Shown in pieces: positions 12,901 to 23,030 of a DNA stretch of 64,000 nt. This DNA comes from Azolla caroliniana (Eukaryota; Plantae; Polypodiophyta): NCBI GenBank assembly GCA_043228905.1, contig JBHGNT010000012.1:8184001-8248000 (forward strand). Reading direction: 5' to 3'. The notes under the pieces are model-generated. The model was given only the letters and a program-made list of their open reading frames with translations, was not told the DNA's origin and ran no database searches. Both the position numbers and the translations under genes were made by a program. Each line of letters begins with the position of its first letter. The stretch's first letter is position 1.

Positions 12901-13545
12901 ACCGGCTTTTACCTTGTCAAATACATCGGCATAAGGATGATATTTTGCCGGAAGTTGTATTGAGGAGTCCTTCTTAATAGTGCTAGAAGGATGTACTGAT
13001 ATGGCAAATAGGAACATTGCCTCCTTGGGTCCTTCTTCGCGTAGTTGATGGAGTGAAATGGTCGAAACTCGGTGAGTTGCTTCTTGGGGTGGTCGATATC
13101 GGACTTCTCTTGTTCTCCAATCTATGGCTGGATTATGTAATTCAAGCCAAGGTAATCCTAGGACAATGGGATGCTCTGGGCTACTAATTATATTAAAGGA
13201 TATTATACACACAAAACTACCTAGGACAACTTGAATGGGTTCTGATTCTTCTACAATATTCCCGGAAGCAATGGGACGACCATCAATGACCACTACAGAT
13301 GCGGGACAAGGAAGTTTTCTTAAGGATATCTGAGAAGCTTGGGCAAAATTTCGATCCATGAAACAGGAATTAGCTCCGGAATCTAAAAGTGCTAGGACGG
13401 GTACTGGGGGAGTACTTTTAGTACTAACAATGACTTGGGCTAGGAACACATTGCTAACTTGCTTGGAAGGAATGGAACCACTAATGGGCTGTACAGATCT
13501 AGGGCTGCTGTCCAACCAAATGGCTCCTATTTTGGCTGGACTCAA
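9973..13545 (-). pseudogene. pol: Pol (protease-RT-RNase H-integrase-chromodomain) with one nonsense codon at 12313-12315; in the -1 frame of gag
   Basis: LLDSGA, YLDD, DASD, HHCC, SDRG, GQAER, EYEVAAILD...TWEP. The two track ORFs are co-frame. Slippery-like G_TTA_AAC at 13548-13554 just before the gag stop. Confidence 0.92.
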
Positions 13546-14699
13546 TCGTTTAACTCTTCATCTAATTGACTAAGGATTTCAAATTTATTTGAGATACTTG
13601 GGCTATTAGTACTATGAATACTATCTGACACTCTATTAGTACTATTAATACTATCAGACACTCCGAAGGGAAGAATTGACTCGGGTTTAGTACATGCGAC
13701 GATTTGATTTACCTGTCTTCTTGGCCTATGGGGACAATTGATGGCGATATGTCCTGGTCCACCGCAATAAAGACATAATCGATTGGCACGTCGTCGTTGC
13801 TTTTCTTCTTCCGATAACGGGCCGCGTCGACGCATGGTATCGATCTCCATCGGTGTCGAAGTATTTGCTTGAGGTATGTCTCGTGCAAACGGTTTAGCCG
13901 CGACTGCGGCGTAAGTGGGCTCTGGCCTAGAGCGTGGTATCTGTAATTGACGTTCTGAACGCCGTTCAAAAAGGCGGTTGTCACATCGAACTGCTTGACT
14001 GATTGCCTCCGTAAGAGACTTTGGTTCTTCGGGGAAAGTTAGAAGTAGATCTTTGACATCGTTTCGCAAGCCATAGCGAAACTGCTCCATTAGTGCTTGA
14101 TCATCCCAGGGTATATCTGAAGCAAGTAGGCGGAAATCCGCCGCGTAGGCAGAGGCTGGACGATCGCCTTGACGCAATCGCCGGATCTTGTTGATCGCCG
14201 TCCTGATGCTGTCGGTGTCTCCAAAGTAGGCTTTAAACTCACCAATAAAATCTTCAAAGTTATTAAGTAAGGGTGATTGTTTTTCTAGAAGCGGAGCAAA
14301 CCATGCCAAGGCTGAGCCGCTAAGTAGCGTGCCTATTAGGCCGACTCGAGATGCATCAGTGGGATATCGGGAAGGATGCATCTGGATGACTAAGCGTACC
14401 TGATTAAGGAATCCCCGGAATTGCGAACGCGTTCCATCAAATTTCACAGGAAGTCCAATCTTGGGCTCTTTATGAAATCCTTGGGGACTGGATCCTTGTT
14501 GTTGCAACGCTGCTTCGAGTTGTTGTACACGTAACGCTAACTCCCCATGTTGTTGTTGCGTTTGTTGTTTTTCTAGAGCGATTTGTTGCAGATCCCCTAT
14601 CAGCCGTTGGTTTTCTTGTTCCAGGGCAACAAACTTTTCTTTTAGGCACTGTAGCTTGGAGAAAACGGATTGGTATTCTTGGGCGCTAACCGTAGCCAT
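13542..14699 (-). CDS. gag: Gag with CCHC zinc knuckle
   Basis: PVKFDGTRSQFRGF, LRQG..A..YAADF, CLYCGGPGHIAINC. Confidence 0.92.
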   Translation of the reverse strand: MATVSAQEYQSVFSKLQCLKEKFVALEQENQRLIGDLQQIALEKQQTQQQHGELALRVQQLEAALQQQGSSPQGFHKEPKIGLPVKFDGTRSQFRGFLNQVRLVIQMHPSRYPTDASRVGLIGTLLSGSALAWFAPLLEKQSPLLNNFEDFIGEFKAYFGDTDSIRTAINKIRRLRQGDRPASAYAADFRLLASDIPWDDQALMEQFRYGLRNDVKDLLLTFPEEPKSLTEAISQAVRCDNRLFERRSERQLQIPRSRPEPTYAAVAAKPFARDIPQANTSTPMEIDTMRRRGPLSEEEKQRRRANRLCLYCGGPGHIAINCPHRPRRQVNQIVACTKPESILPFGVSDSINSTNRVSDSIHSTNSPSISNKFEILSQLDEELND

Positions 14700-15209
14700 A
14701 GTATAGGGAAAAGGGTAGGAGGATGAGGGAGAGTGACAAGTAGGCTAGAGGAAAAAATTGGTTCAAACTGTCAGGAATAGTACTAAAACAGAGATGGAAT
14801 TAGTACTAAGAACAGCAGTACTATTAGTACTAAGAGGACGGGATTGCATAAGATTCCCGAGAGAGGAAGTGAGAAGAGGAGAGAGAGAGAGATAGCGAGA
14901 ATGAGAGAGAGAGAGAGAGATGATGACAACAACTATATATTATGTGAAAAGATAAGTACAAGCGGCTAAGAGGCTTAAGACTGGCGTTGAACCAATTTGG
15001 TTCAAAACAATGCCTTGTGCCTCCTTTTATAGTGTTTTTAGGAATAATCCTGAAGCTTCTAGAATGTTCCAGAGAGATCTGGAATATACATCAATTTTCT
15101 ATGATAAAGTATAAATGAAAATAATATCCTACAAAATACAATTCATAATCTAATGGTAAGAGCTCGACCCATGTAGCATAAAGTCATGGGTTCGAGTCTT
15201 GCCATGACA

Positions 15210-17157
15210 CCCGGATAGCATACCGTTTTAGTTCTCCCGTGATGAAGCCCTTTTTGTGTGCTATGGGGTGCGAGGATTTCCACGGGAGGTACATGTAGGC
15301 ATTGAGAGGTTTTTGGTGGCATGCGGTGTCGAGGATGCCGAATTCTTTAAAGTATGGGCCTTTGAAGAAGACGACGTCCAGGATGGTGATCTCTTTAGGG
15401 GAGGTTGTTGATTCAATACGGATGTGTTGTTGTAGAGGCACGCCGTATTGGTGTAAGAAGGTGTGAAGTGTATCGGGGGAACCTTCCCAAACTCCTATGG
15501 CATCATCGATGTAGCGTTTGTAGTAGAGTAGTTGCGGTGTTTGGAAAGCTAGGTTGTCGTCCTCTAGCTGCGAAAGAAACAAGCAAGCGTAAACAACCGC
15601 AAAATTACTACCCATCGCGGTGCCTTTAATTTGTAACCAAAAAGCATTATTAAAGGAGAGAAAATTGTTTCTAAGTATTAGTTCGGCAACACTCATAATG
15701 ATTTTGGTTTTGTGTGGTGGGAAATGATGTGAAATAGATTTTTTAAAAACCAATAGACCTTCTGTGGTAGGTATACTGGGATATAGTGACACTACATCAA
15801 AAGAAAACAACGTGCAAGTTTTGGGGAAGGTGTGGTGTGCTAGGTCCTTAACAAGTGTTAAGGAGTCTTTGAGGTGTTGTTTTTTAGACAATAAGATAGG
15901 ATGTAGTAGATGGTGTAGCCATTTAGAGGCTCTTTCGAAAACATAATTGTTGTAGGCGCAAATAGGGCGTCCTACAACAATGGGCTTGTGGATTTTGGGG
16001 ATGATGTAGAAACGACATATCCTGAAACCATGTTTGGGTTTCTGAAGGAGGAATCTAATTTCCTCATTGGAGAGGTGGGGGGAAGCTTTCAGACATAGGT
16101 GTTCAAGTCGATTGTGGAGAGTTTCTAGGGGGACGTCTTTGACGGGGGTGTAAGTGTTTTTGTCGTTGAGCTGTCTAAGGCATTCGTTAAGGTACCAATC
16201 CTTAGAGAGAATGCACATGCCTAGATTTTTATCCGCGGGTTTAATAACTATGTCTTGATTGTTTTTGAGATTATGTAGTGTAGTTCTAAAGTTCCTATGA
16301 GGGCGAGGTTGGATGGTGGGTGGGGAGGGGAGGGCAGAGGTGATAGATGTGATGGTTTGTGTGATTTCTGGCACGGCTGGGGGATTCCAACTGGGGTTCG
16401 GTATTCTAAATGGAGAGATAATGTTAGTAGAGTTTCTAAAGAAATATTTGAGGCGGTAAGTTCTATCCAAGGATACAACGGCATCTATCAATTGTTGTTT
16501 TCTAATAGGTTGGGGTGGGGGAATAAAGTCTAGACCTAAGCTTAGAAGTTTGAGTTGGGGTGGAGGAAGGTGGAAAGAGGAAAGGTTGTGCAATGAGTGA
16601 TTAGTGATCCTATTCTCGAACTGGGAGGGTGTTTGCCTTCCCAGTAAAATGTGGAGGTAGGTTAACGGTTGAAGAAGCGGGAGCCAATGTAATTTTCTAA
16701 GTCTACCCCTACGTATTTTCTTGGTAGAGGATTTAGTTTCGGTCCCGTGGTGCGTGTGTTGGGTGCGCCTTGCGGGACTGGGGGCCGGGGATGAGGAGTA
16801 GGTCGTTTGACTGTGGGCCGGGGGTAAGGCGTGGGTCGTGAAATTGGGGGTCGAGGGACTGGGGGTCGAGGAACTGAGGGTCGAGGATAGGACCGTGTGG
16901 TGGGTTTGAAGGTCTCGAAGTGAGACATTGATTGTTTCATAGGTGGGGGTAGGGAGGTAGGTGGTGGTACATTCATCGGGACAAATATAGGGTACGTGGG
17001 GGGTATGGGATGTGTGGGTGGTATGGGATAAGCATAGCTTTGTCCATAACTTGGGATAAAGGATTGGGTCCTTAAGAAGAAGGTGGGGGCAGTGGGGGAT
17101 GAATTTGATGCTTTGTGTGTCCTTGTGCCCCCGTTTTTTGTCGGGGGCATAGCCGTG
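15210..17157 (-). CDS. PLE reverse transcriptase, N-terminal part (-1 frame relative to ORF1)
   Basis: NLS..LSLGLDFIP, IKPADKN, FYIIPKIHK, GRPI, SFDVVSLYPSIP, GTAMGS, RYIDD, HQKP...SSHP; frame is open from 17184. Confidence 0.9.
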
Positions 17158-18614
17158 TTTTTTGGATGTGTGTTGGGGTTTTCCTTATTAATTTTCTCTA
17201 GGAACGGTTTAAGGTAATTGTCTACTTGATTCTTGATCTTTTTTAGCCCATCATCTATTAGAGTATTTATTGTTTTTTCTTTGCCCATCGTCATGGATTT
17301 CGAGACGATGGCGTCCTGGGCTGATTTATTAGCCACTTTAGTTTTAGCTTCTAAGGAAATCTGTATGCTAAATTCTAAGGTGGCTTGCTCTAGGTGGCTA
17401 TTAAATTTAGCAAAAGTTTCATTTTTCCAATGTTAGAGTTTTTCCTCCCATTGGTGTGATGTGACAAGGTTGTGCAATGGGATATCCAAGAGCATTGATA
17501 CAATGTCTTGGAGTCTTTGCTCAACCGTGGTGGGGAACTTGTTGATAGTTTCAGTAAAACTAATAGCTAGGGTTTTTTGGGCCTCTATTAATGCTAAGGT
17601 GCAATTTTTTCTATATTCTGCAGTGAGATCGTTTAGTTTTTTATTGAGGATATTTTGTGTGTTTTCATTATTTATCGTTACCCTAGGAGGGTTAATGCGC
17701 AAGGAGTTAGGGATGAAGTTCTCCTTGAGATCGGTTTCATATTTATGGAGTACATCTTGGGCTCTATGGCGTTTAGAAAAGAGTTCTTTATATTCTAATA
17801 CGGAGCCTTGGCAAATGGTGTCAAAGTGGATGGGAGTAGGTAAGTTTTCTAAAGAGTTTTGTGCCTCGAGGGGCTGGTTTGAGTTTTCTATGCTAGTTTT
17901 TCCCTTTTCTTGTGTGTTTGGGGTTGTTATTTTCCTTTTACCTTTGTCTTGTGGATGCGGGTTTGTGTGGGTGTGGTGGTCGCTAGAGGACACATGGGCG
18001 TGTTCAAAAAGAGATTTTGTTATTGTAGGCATGCAAAGGGGATCTCCACCACCCCATTCTAGGGGAGGTGAGCTAAAGGTATCAAACAACTTCTGAAAGA
18101 AGATGACCTTCTTTGCGGGCGAGAGTTTGGTGATGAATTCTTTATAACCTTCCATTTTAAGGTCTTCTAAGTTTTCTATGAGTGAACTAAATGGAGATTT
18201 GGGGGAGGGGGAGGGAATGCTTTGCATGCTATTAGGGCTAGTTGGGGCTAAATCTAGTTGTAGCATCCTAGATGGCGGGGGGATTTTTTTAGGTGGGGAT
18301 TTGGGGTTGTTAAGACACACATTATATAGATGTTGGATTTCATGTGGGACTTCGTTATTTGTAAATTGACAAGAAAGAGGGTGGGGTGAGGGAGCTTCCC
18401 TGTTTACAACGGTCGTTTGAGTGTTGGCGACGACGTGCTTGAGATTGGTCGTCATTGGTGGAGAATCCGGCACAAAGTCGATGGTGGTTGTGGGTAGATC
18501 CGTCGATATGTCGGCGATGGTGGTTGAGGGTGGATCTGTGGGTGCGTCGGCGTTGGGTGTACGATGTTGAATGGATCGTGTTTTGGGTTCTCCTGTTGAG
18601 ACGTTTGTGGCCAT
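16662..18614 (-). CDS. PLE ORF1 (~650 aa; Pro/Thr-rich N-term, helical/coiled-coil-like core, Pro-rich tail) with one premature TAA at 17433-17435
   Basis: Track ORFs 17433-18632 and 16662-17336 are in one frame and read through (EEKL*HWKNETFAKF...). KYETDLKENFIPNSLRINPP resembles the PLE N-terminal IPxxL motif. ATG at 18614. Confidence 0.7.
17126..17163 (-). promoter_or_regulatory. Candidate -1 programmed ribosomal frameshift signal
   Basis: In-frame A_AAA_AAC (17163-17157), 7-nt spacer, 8-bp hairpin TGCCCCCG/CGGGGGCA; the -1 (RT) frame opens just upstream (stop at 17185-17187). Confidence 0.75.
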
Positions 18615-18958
18615 GTATCTGTATTGGAACAAAAGAGGAGAGAGAGGAGAGAAGGGGAGAAAAAGAGGGAAATATGGTAGTGTGGGGTAGGATGGAGCGT
18701 ATGTTTAGAAGGTCAGGGTTTAGGGTTTTGTAATAGTTGCTAGTTTTTGTAGGGGTAAAGTTATTAGTATGGAGAATTGAAAGAGTAAGAGAAGTAGAGG
18801 GAAGAAAACCAAGTTTATGGGGGTGTACGACTACTAGGAGGTATAGAATATATGATGTAATAAAAATAGAAATTTATGTTGGTATATGACTACAAGGGAT
18901 ATAGTATATATGATATGAAGTGATGAGTGGCAAGCACTAGGGGTATAATATATCAACG

Positions 18959-19932
18959 CTTTTTTAAGATTGCTTAAAGTGTGCGGCACTTCATCGGGGG
19001 TTGTTTGGGGTGGACTCAAGTTTAGATCTTATTTGTATGTCTAAACATAAGTAGTGATATAGTTTTAGAAGAATAGAAAAGTGAGGGCGTGGGTGGGGGT
19101 TAGGGGAGTGTAGCTTGTTGAAGTTATCAAAAGTATTTAAACCTAATCAAAGTTTTTAGAACATATTAAAGATCATTGGGATAACTTAAGTTATTAGACA
19201 ACAATAAAGTACTATTAAAACACCAATATAGAGTATTATTAAAACGGGACCACACGCTTAGATGAACGGGAGTTGTTTAAACACACGCTTAAGCAAACAC
19301 TTAAAAGAAAGATTATTATAAAAAATAAAAATAAAAATAAAAATAGAAAAGAGAGATTGAGATTAAAAAATGATTATGGTTAAGAAGGGATTATGATTAA
19401 GGGGGAAGGGGTTGCTAAACAAAGTACTTAAACGAATGTTTAAACAAATATTTAGATAAGAAAACACTTGGGCAGACACTTAACGCAAGGTTATGATTAA
19501 AAGAGAAGGGAGGGATTATGGTTAAAGAAAAGGGGTCATGGTTGAGAAGAGAATGATTATGATTAAGAGAGGAGAATACTTAAACAAATGTTTAAACAAA
19601 AAGTTAAACCTAAAAATGATTGAACAAGTACTTAAAAAAAGGGGTTAAACAAGTATGTAATAAAAATGATTATTAAACAAGTACTTAATAGAAAATGATT
19701 AAATAAATACTTAAAACTTAAGACAAAAAAATTTAATAAAAAAGTGATTAAACAAGTACTTAATAAAAATTTATTAAATAAGTACTTAAGAACTTAAGAC
19801 AAAAAATTAGATAAGAGCAACACATAGAAGGAAAGAAAGTTTTACTATCATAAGGCAACGATCGGCAAATGCATTTCGCCTCGATGGAGGCTCTTCAGTG
19901 CCCGATGTACAAATGATGAAAACTAAGCCTAC
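18959..19932 (-). repeat. 5' pseudo-LTR of the PLE (974 bp)
   Basis: Direct repeat of 8015-8989. Confidence 0.92.
19861..19906 (-). ncRNA. Minimal type I hammerhead ribozyme (5' pLTR)
   Basis: Same fold as 8918-8963; stem I has a C-G pair where the other copy has U-G. Confidence 0.84.
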
Positions 19933-20094
19933 AGGAGGTTTATGTGGAAAACCCCAAACTAGGGGAAAAACCACGGCAGCCCACAGGCTGCAAACTGTCA
20001 CTATGTAAGAATATACAACAGTGAGCTCACTGAGGCACCGACCTCGTGCTCACAGATCTTCGCCACAAGCGGCGGTTACAACGGAGGCAACAAC

Positions 20095-20141
<47 letters not shown>

Positions 20142-21053
20142 CAGTTACGCACACTGATCTCGTGCAAAACAGAAAATGACAATAACAGTTAAAAGTTTGC
20201 CCTAAGTCATATTTATACTAATATGACTTTTCGGCTATTTACAAATATAGCCTCGGTGAACTATCAGAAAACATATTTACAAATATGTCTCTTCATCCGG
20301 TTCATACCGGGTCTACGCCATCCGGCTCTCCGTAGCCGGGTACTCCTCATACGGTTTCGGCCTCGGCCTATCGGCCTCGACCGAGTTTGTTCATCGGCAC
20401 TGTTCTTCTCCCTTCCCATCCGGAGGGACCTGTCTCCCAACAAGACTGGCAGCTTGGCGACAGAAGACTGCTGTTTCGGAAGAGGCATGCTTGATACGAG
20501 ATTCCAGTCTCGTTGGTGAGCCCGTGAGTTCCCGACTGGTTCTGGGATGTAGGCACCCTCTTTGTCTCTGTGGTGAAACCGGCTTAGCCGGCGTTGCCAA
20601 ATGCTATGTACATACACATATATATGTGTGTATATATATAAGGGTGTGTTTCGGGAGTTAGCTTAGGGGTCTCCGGTGCCTAAGTGTGGATGTGTGTGTT
20701 GGGTGCTGGTTTGGTGTGCCGGTTGTAATCGGTGTGTGTATATGTGTGTGTGCGTGTGCACGGGCACGGTTAATCGGGCCGTGGCCCGTGTTTCTTTTGA
20801 GGCCCTTGTACATACGGGTAGGAGGGCTGTGTGGGTATGTGCCCACACGTTCTCTTCCTTCGAGAGTCCGGGTCCCTTCCGGAACACATCCGGAACTGTC
20901 CGGGTTGGTCTTCCCCAAACACTATCCGAAACTGATCTGGCTGGCAACGCGATTGGCTCTGGAGGATTCAGCCTTTCGAAAACTCCTCCCCTCCTAGTCT
21001 ATTACCCGGTGGTCCCACCCGGATCCGACATGCAAGCGCGGGATTCCGCGACA

Positions 21054-21660
21054 CCGGTTCTGTGGTGTTCGACCTCTTCGATCGACTTGTCTACTCCTTG
21101 CCATTTCCATTGCCCAAATCAGATGTCATTAATTTTTTCTCTTCTCTGGCTTTCGCCTTTCGTTCAACTATTTCTTGTTCCAGCTCATCATCACAACCAA
21201 CTTTCTTCCTAGAGACTTTCCCTCTCAAGTGCGGCATGTTGAGGTGTTGGATACCAAGCATCTCCAAGAAGTGTTGCAACTTGTCCGTTCCAAGGGCTTT
21301 GGTGAAAATGTCGGCAACTTGCCAATCGGTTCGAACATACCAGAGCTCGACTTCACCGCTCAGGACCTGCTCACACACAAAGTGGTAATGCACTTTGATG
21401 TGCTTCATGCGAGCATGGAATACAGGGTTCTTGGCCAACTGCATGCTATTGATGTTTGTCAACTTGCAGATCTTGCAACAGTTGCTTTAGCCATATGGCC
21501 TCACATGTTGCGACGGTGGCACCTCTGTACTCAGCCTGGGTGCTCGACGGAGCCATTGTCGGTTGCTTCTTATTACTCCAAGCTATTTCCGCACTCCCAA
21601 GGGAGAACATAAAACCTGATGTCAACCGGTGATCGGTGGCATCTCCGGCCCAATTGGCAC
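21054..21660 (-). pseudogene. Copia RNase H and 3' region (continuation of the element at 1049-1591)
   Basis: LAKNPVFHARMKHIKVHYHF...QVADIFTKAL. Confidence 0.85.
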
Positions 21661-21840
21661 CTGTGTAGTGTTCTCTTTGTCGATTGACAGAATGAGTTGA
21701 ACGACTTACTTCCTAAGTCGTTCTGTCAAGAAGATTGTGGTTGGAGATATGGTGTTGGTCGACACTAATTACTTACTCAAATCTTTACGTAAACAACGGT
21801 TACTTAGAAATTAATTACTATGTTTAGAGCATAAGTATAT

Positions 21841-23030
21841 AAGCTGAACCATGGTACCAGAAGTTTCACTCCTACATACGGAAGCTTGCATATCGCCGAT
21901 CTGACTCTGACCCATGTATGTATACTCAACAACTAGCCGACTAGTCCTAGATCTATCTCATCCTATATGTTGACGACATGCTGATTGCAGGAAGCAATCA
22001 GCACAAAATTGGAAAGCTTAAGTGGGGCCTTCACGACAAGTTTGCGATGAAGGAAATCAAACAAGCCTGACACATATTGGGCATGAGGATTGAGCGAAAT
22101 CGGAAGACAAAGACTCTTCGACTGTCCCAGTCGGACTACATCCGCAAGGTGCTAAAGCACTTCAACATGGAGAATGTGAGTCCAACATGGACCCCGCTAC
22201 CGACGTGATCCGACTATCGAACAAAGACTCTCCTTCAACTGATAAGGAGAGAGAACTCAATGGAAAGATACCCTATGCATCGGATGTAGGAAGTATCATG
22301 TACGCGATGGTGGGGACCCGACCCGACCTTGCATATCGGCAGCGGAGCAATATCCTGGACTAGCAAGAAGCAGCCTACCGTCGCTCTTTTGAGTATGGAG
22401 GCGGAATATAGGGGCGCAACCGTAGCTGCATCTGAACCCATCAAGGATCCGACTTCCCTTTACTGTGACAACATGAGCAGTATCTATCTGGCTCGGAACC
22501 CGGTGTTCCACGTGCGGACAAAGCACATCGAAGTGCACTATCACTTCATCCGAGAGCGCGTTCTGGCTGGCAATGTCGACCTACAACACATTAACACCAA
22601 TCTTCAAATGACCAACATCTTCACTAAAGCCTTAGGAGCCGACAAGCTATGGCAATTCATGACCGATCTTGGATTGACGACCCCTGACCTGCCAAGCTTG
22701 AGGGGGAGTACTGAAGACACTACGCAATAATGCGTGGATTCCGCAACCATGCAACGAAGCAGCGAAGAGCCGATCTACCGCGCAAAGTCGCGAAGAAAGA
22801 CGCAAGCCAAAGCACAGACTTCGTAACTACACACAACGCAAGCTGGAGCACGGGTTCCGCAACTCCGCATAAAGTGAGCCAACGCGGACTCCGGAACGCA
22901 AGAGGGCACGTGTTGAAACCGACCCGACTTGAGCTTGAGGGCACGTGTTGAGAATCAAGCTCAACTTGGTCTAGTGTGTGAACTCACCTTGAGAGTGAAG
23001 AGACACTCCAACGATCAAGAGTCACCATTA
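21841..23030 (+). pseudogene. Degenerate copia RT/RNase H followed by 3' UTR and LTR start (22946)
   Basis: LILYVDDMLIAG, ISWTSKKQPTVALLSMEAEY, KHIEVHYHFIRE; internal deletion near 22335. Confidence 0.85.

Larger units (their letters stand above)
9481..15209 (-). mobile_element. Young Ty3/gypsy chromovirus (Tcn1/Tf1-like), full length
   Basis: LTRs 9481-9919 and 14769-15209 (TGTCA...TGACA; about 2 SNPs and a GA indel), 5-bp TSD CCCGG, gag-PR-RT-RH-IN-chromodomain. Confidence 0.95.
8015..19932 (-). mobile_element. Penelope-like retroelement (PLE) lacking endonuclease, ~6.2 kb after removing the nested gypsy
   Basis: PLE-type RT motifs, terminal direct repeats with hammerhead ribozymes, upstream ORF1, no GIY-YIG domain. 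Confidence 0.88.
7908..20442 (-). repeat. Copia solo LTR (7908-8015 + 19933-20442), host of the Penelope-like element
   Basis: TG...CCCAACA termini, 5-bp TSD AGACT (7903-7907 / 20443-20447), homologous to the LTRs at 52588 and 41982. Confidence 0.85.
7377..21053 (+). repeat. LTR copy 3 (7377-7907 + 20443-21053), split by nested insertions
   Basis: TGTCGTG...CGCGACA termini; the halves are collinear with copy 1; flanks CCGA/CCGG may be a decayed 4-bp TSD. Confidence 0.8.

Noticed and set aside
16665-16720. KYVGVDLENYIGS at the end of PLE ORF1 as a GIY-YIG motif
   Set aside because: The spacing is wrong and the ORF ends 5 residues later, without the conserved Arg, Glu and Asn of the nuclease.
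18710-18730. CAGGGTTTAGGGTTTT as telomeric repeat linked to the PLE
   Set aside because: Only about 1.5 units, internal to the 5' UTR and not at a junction; such telo-box-like words are common.
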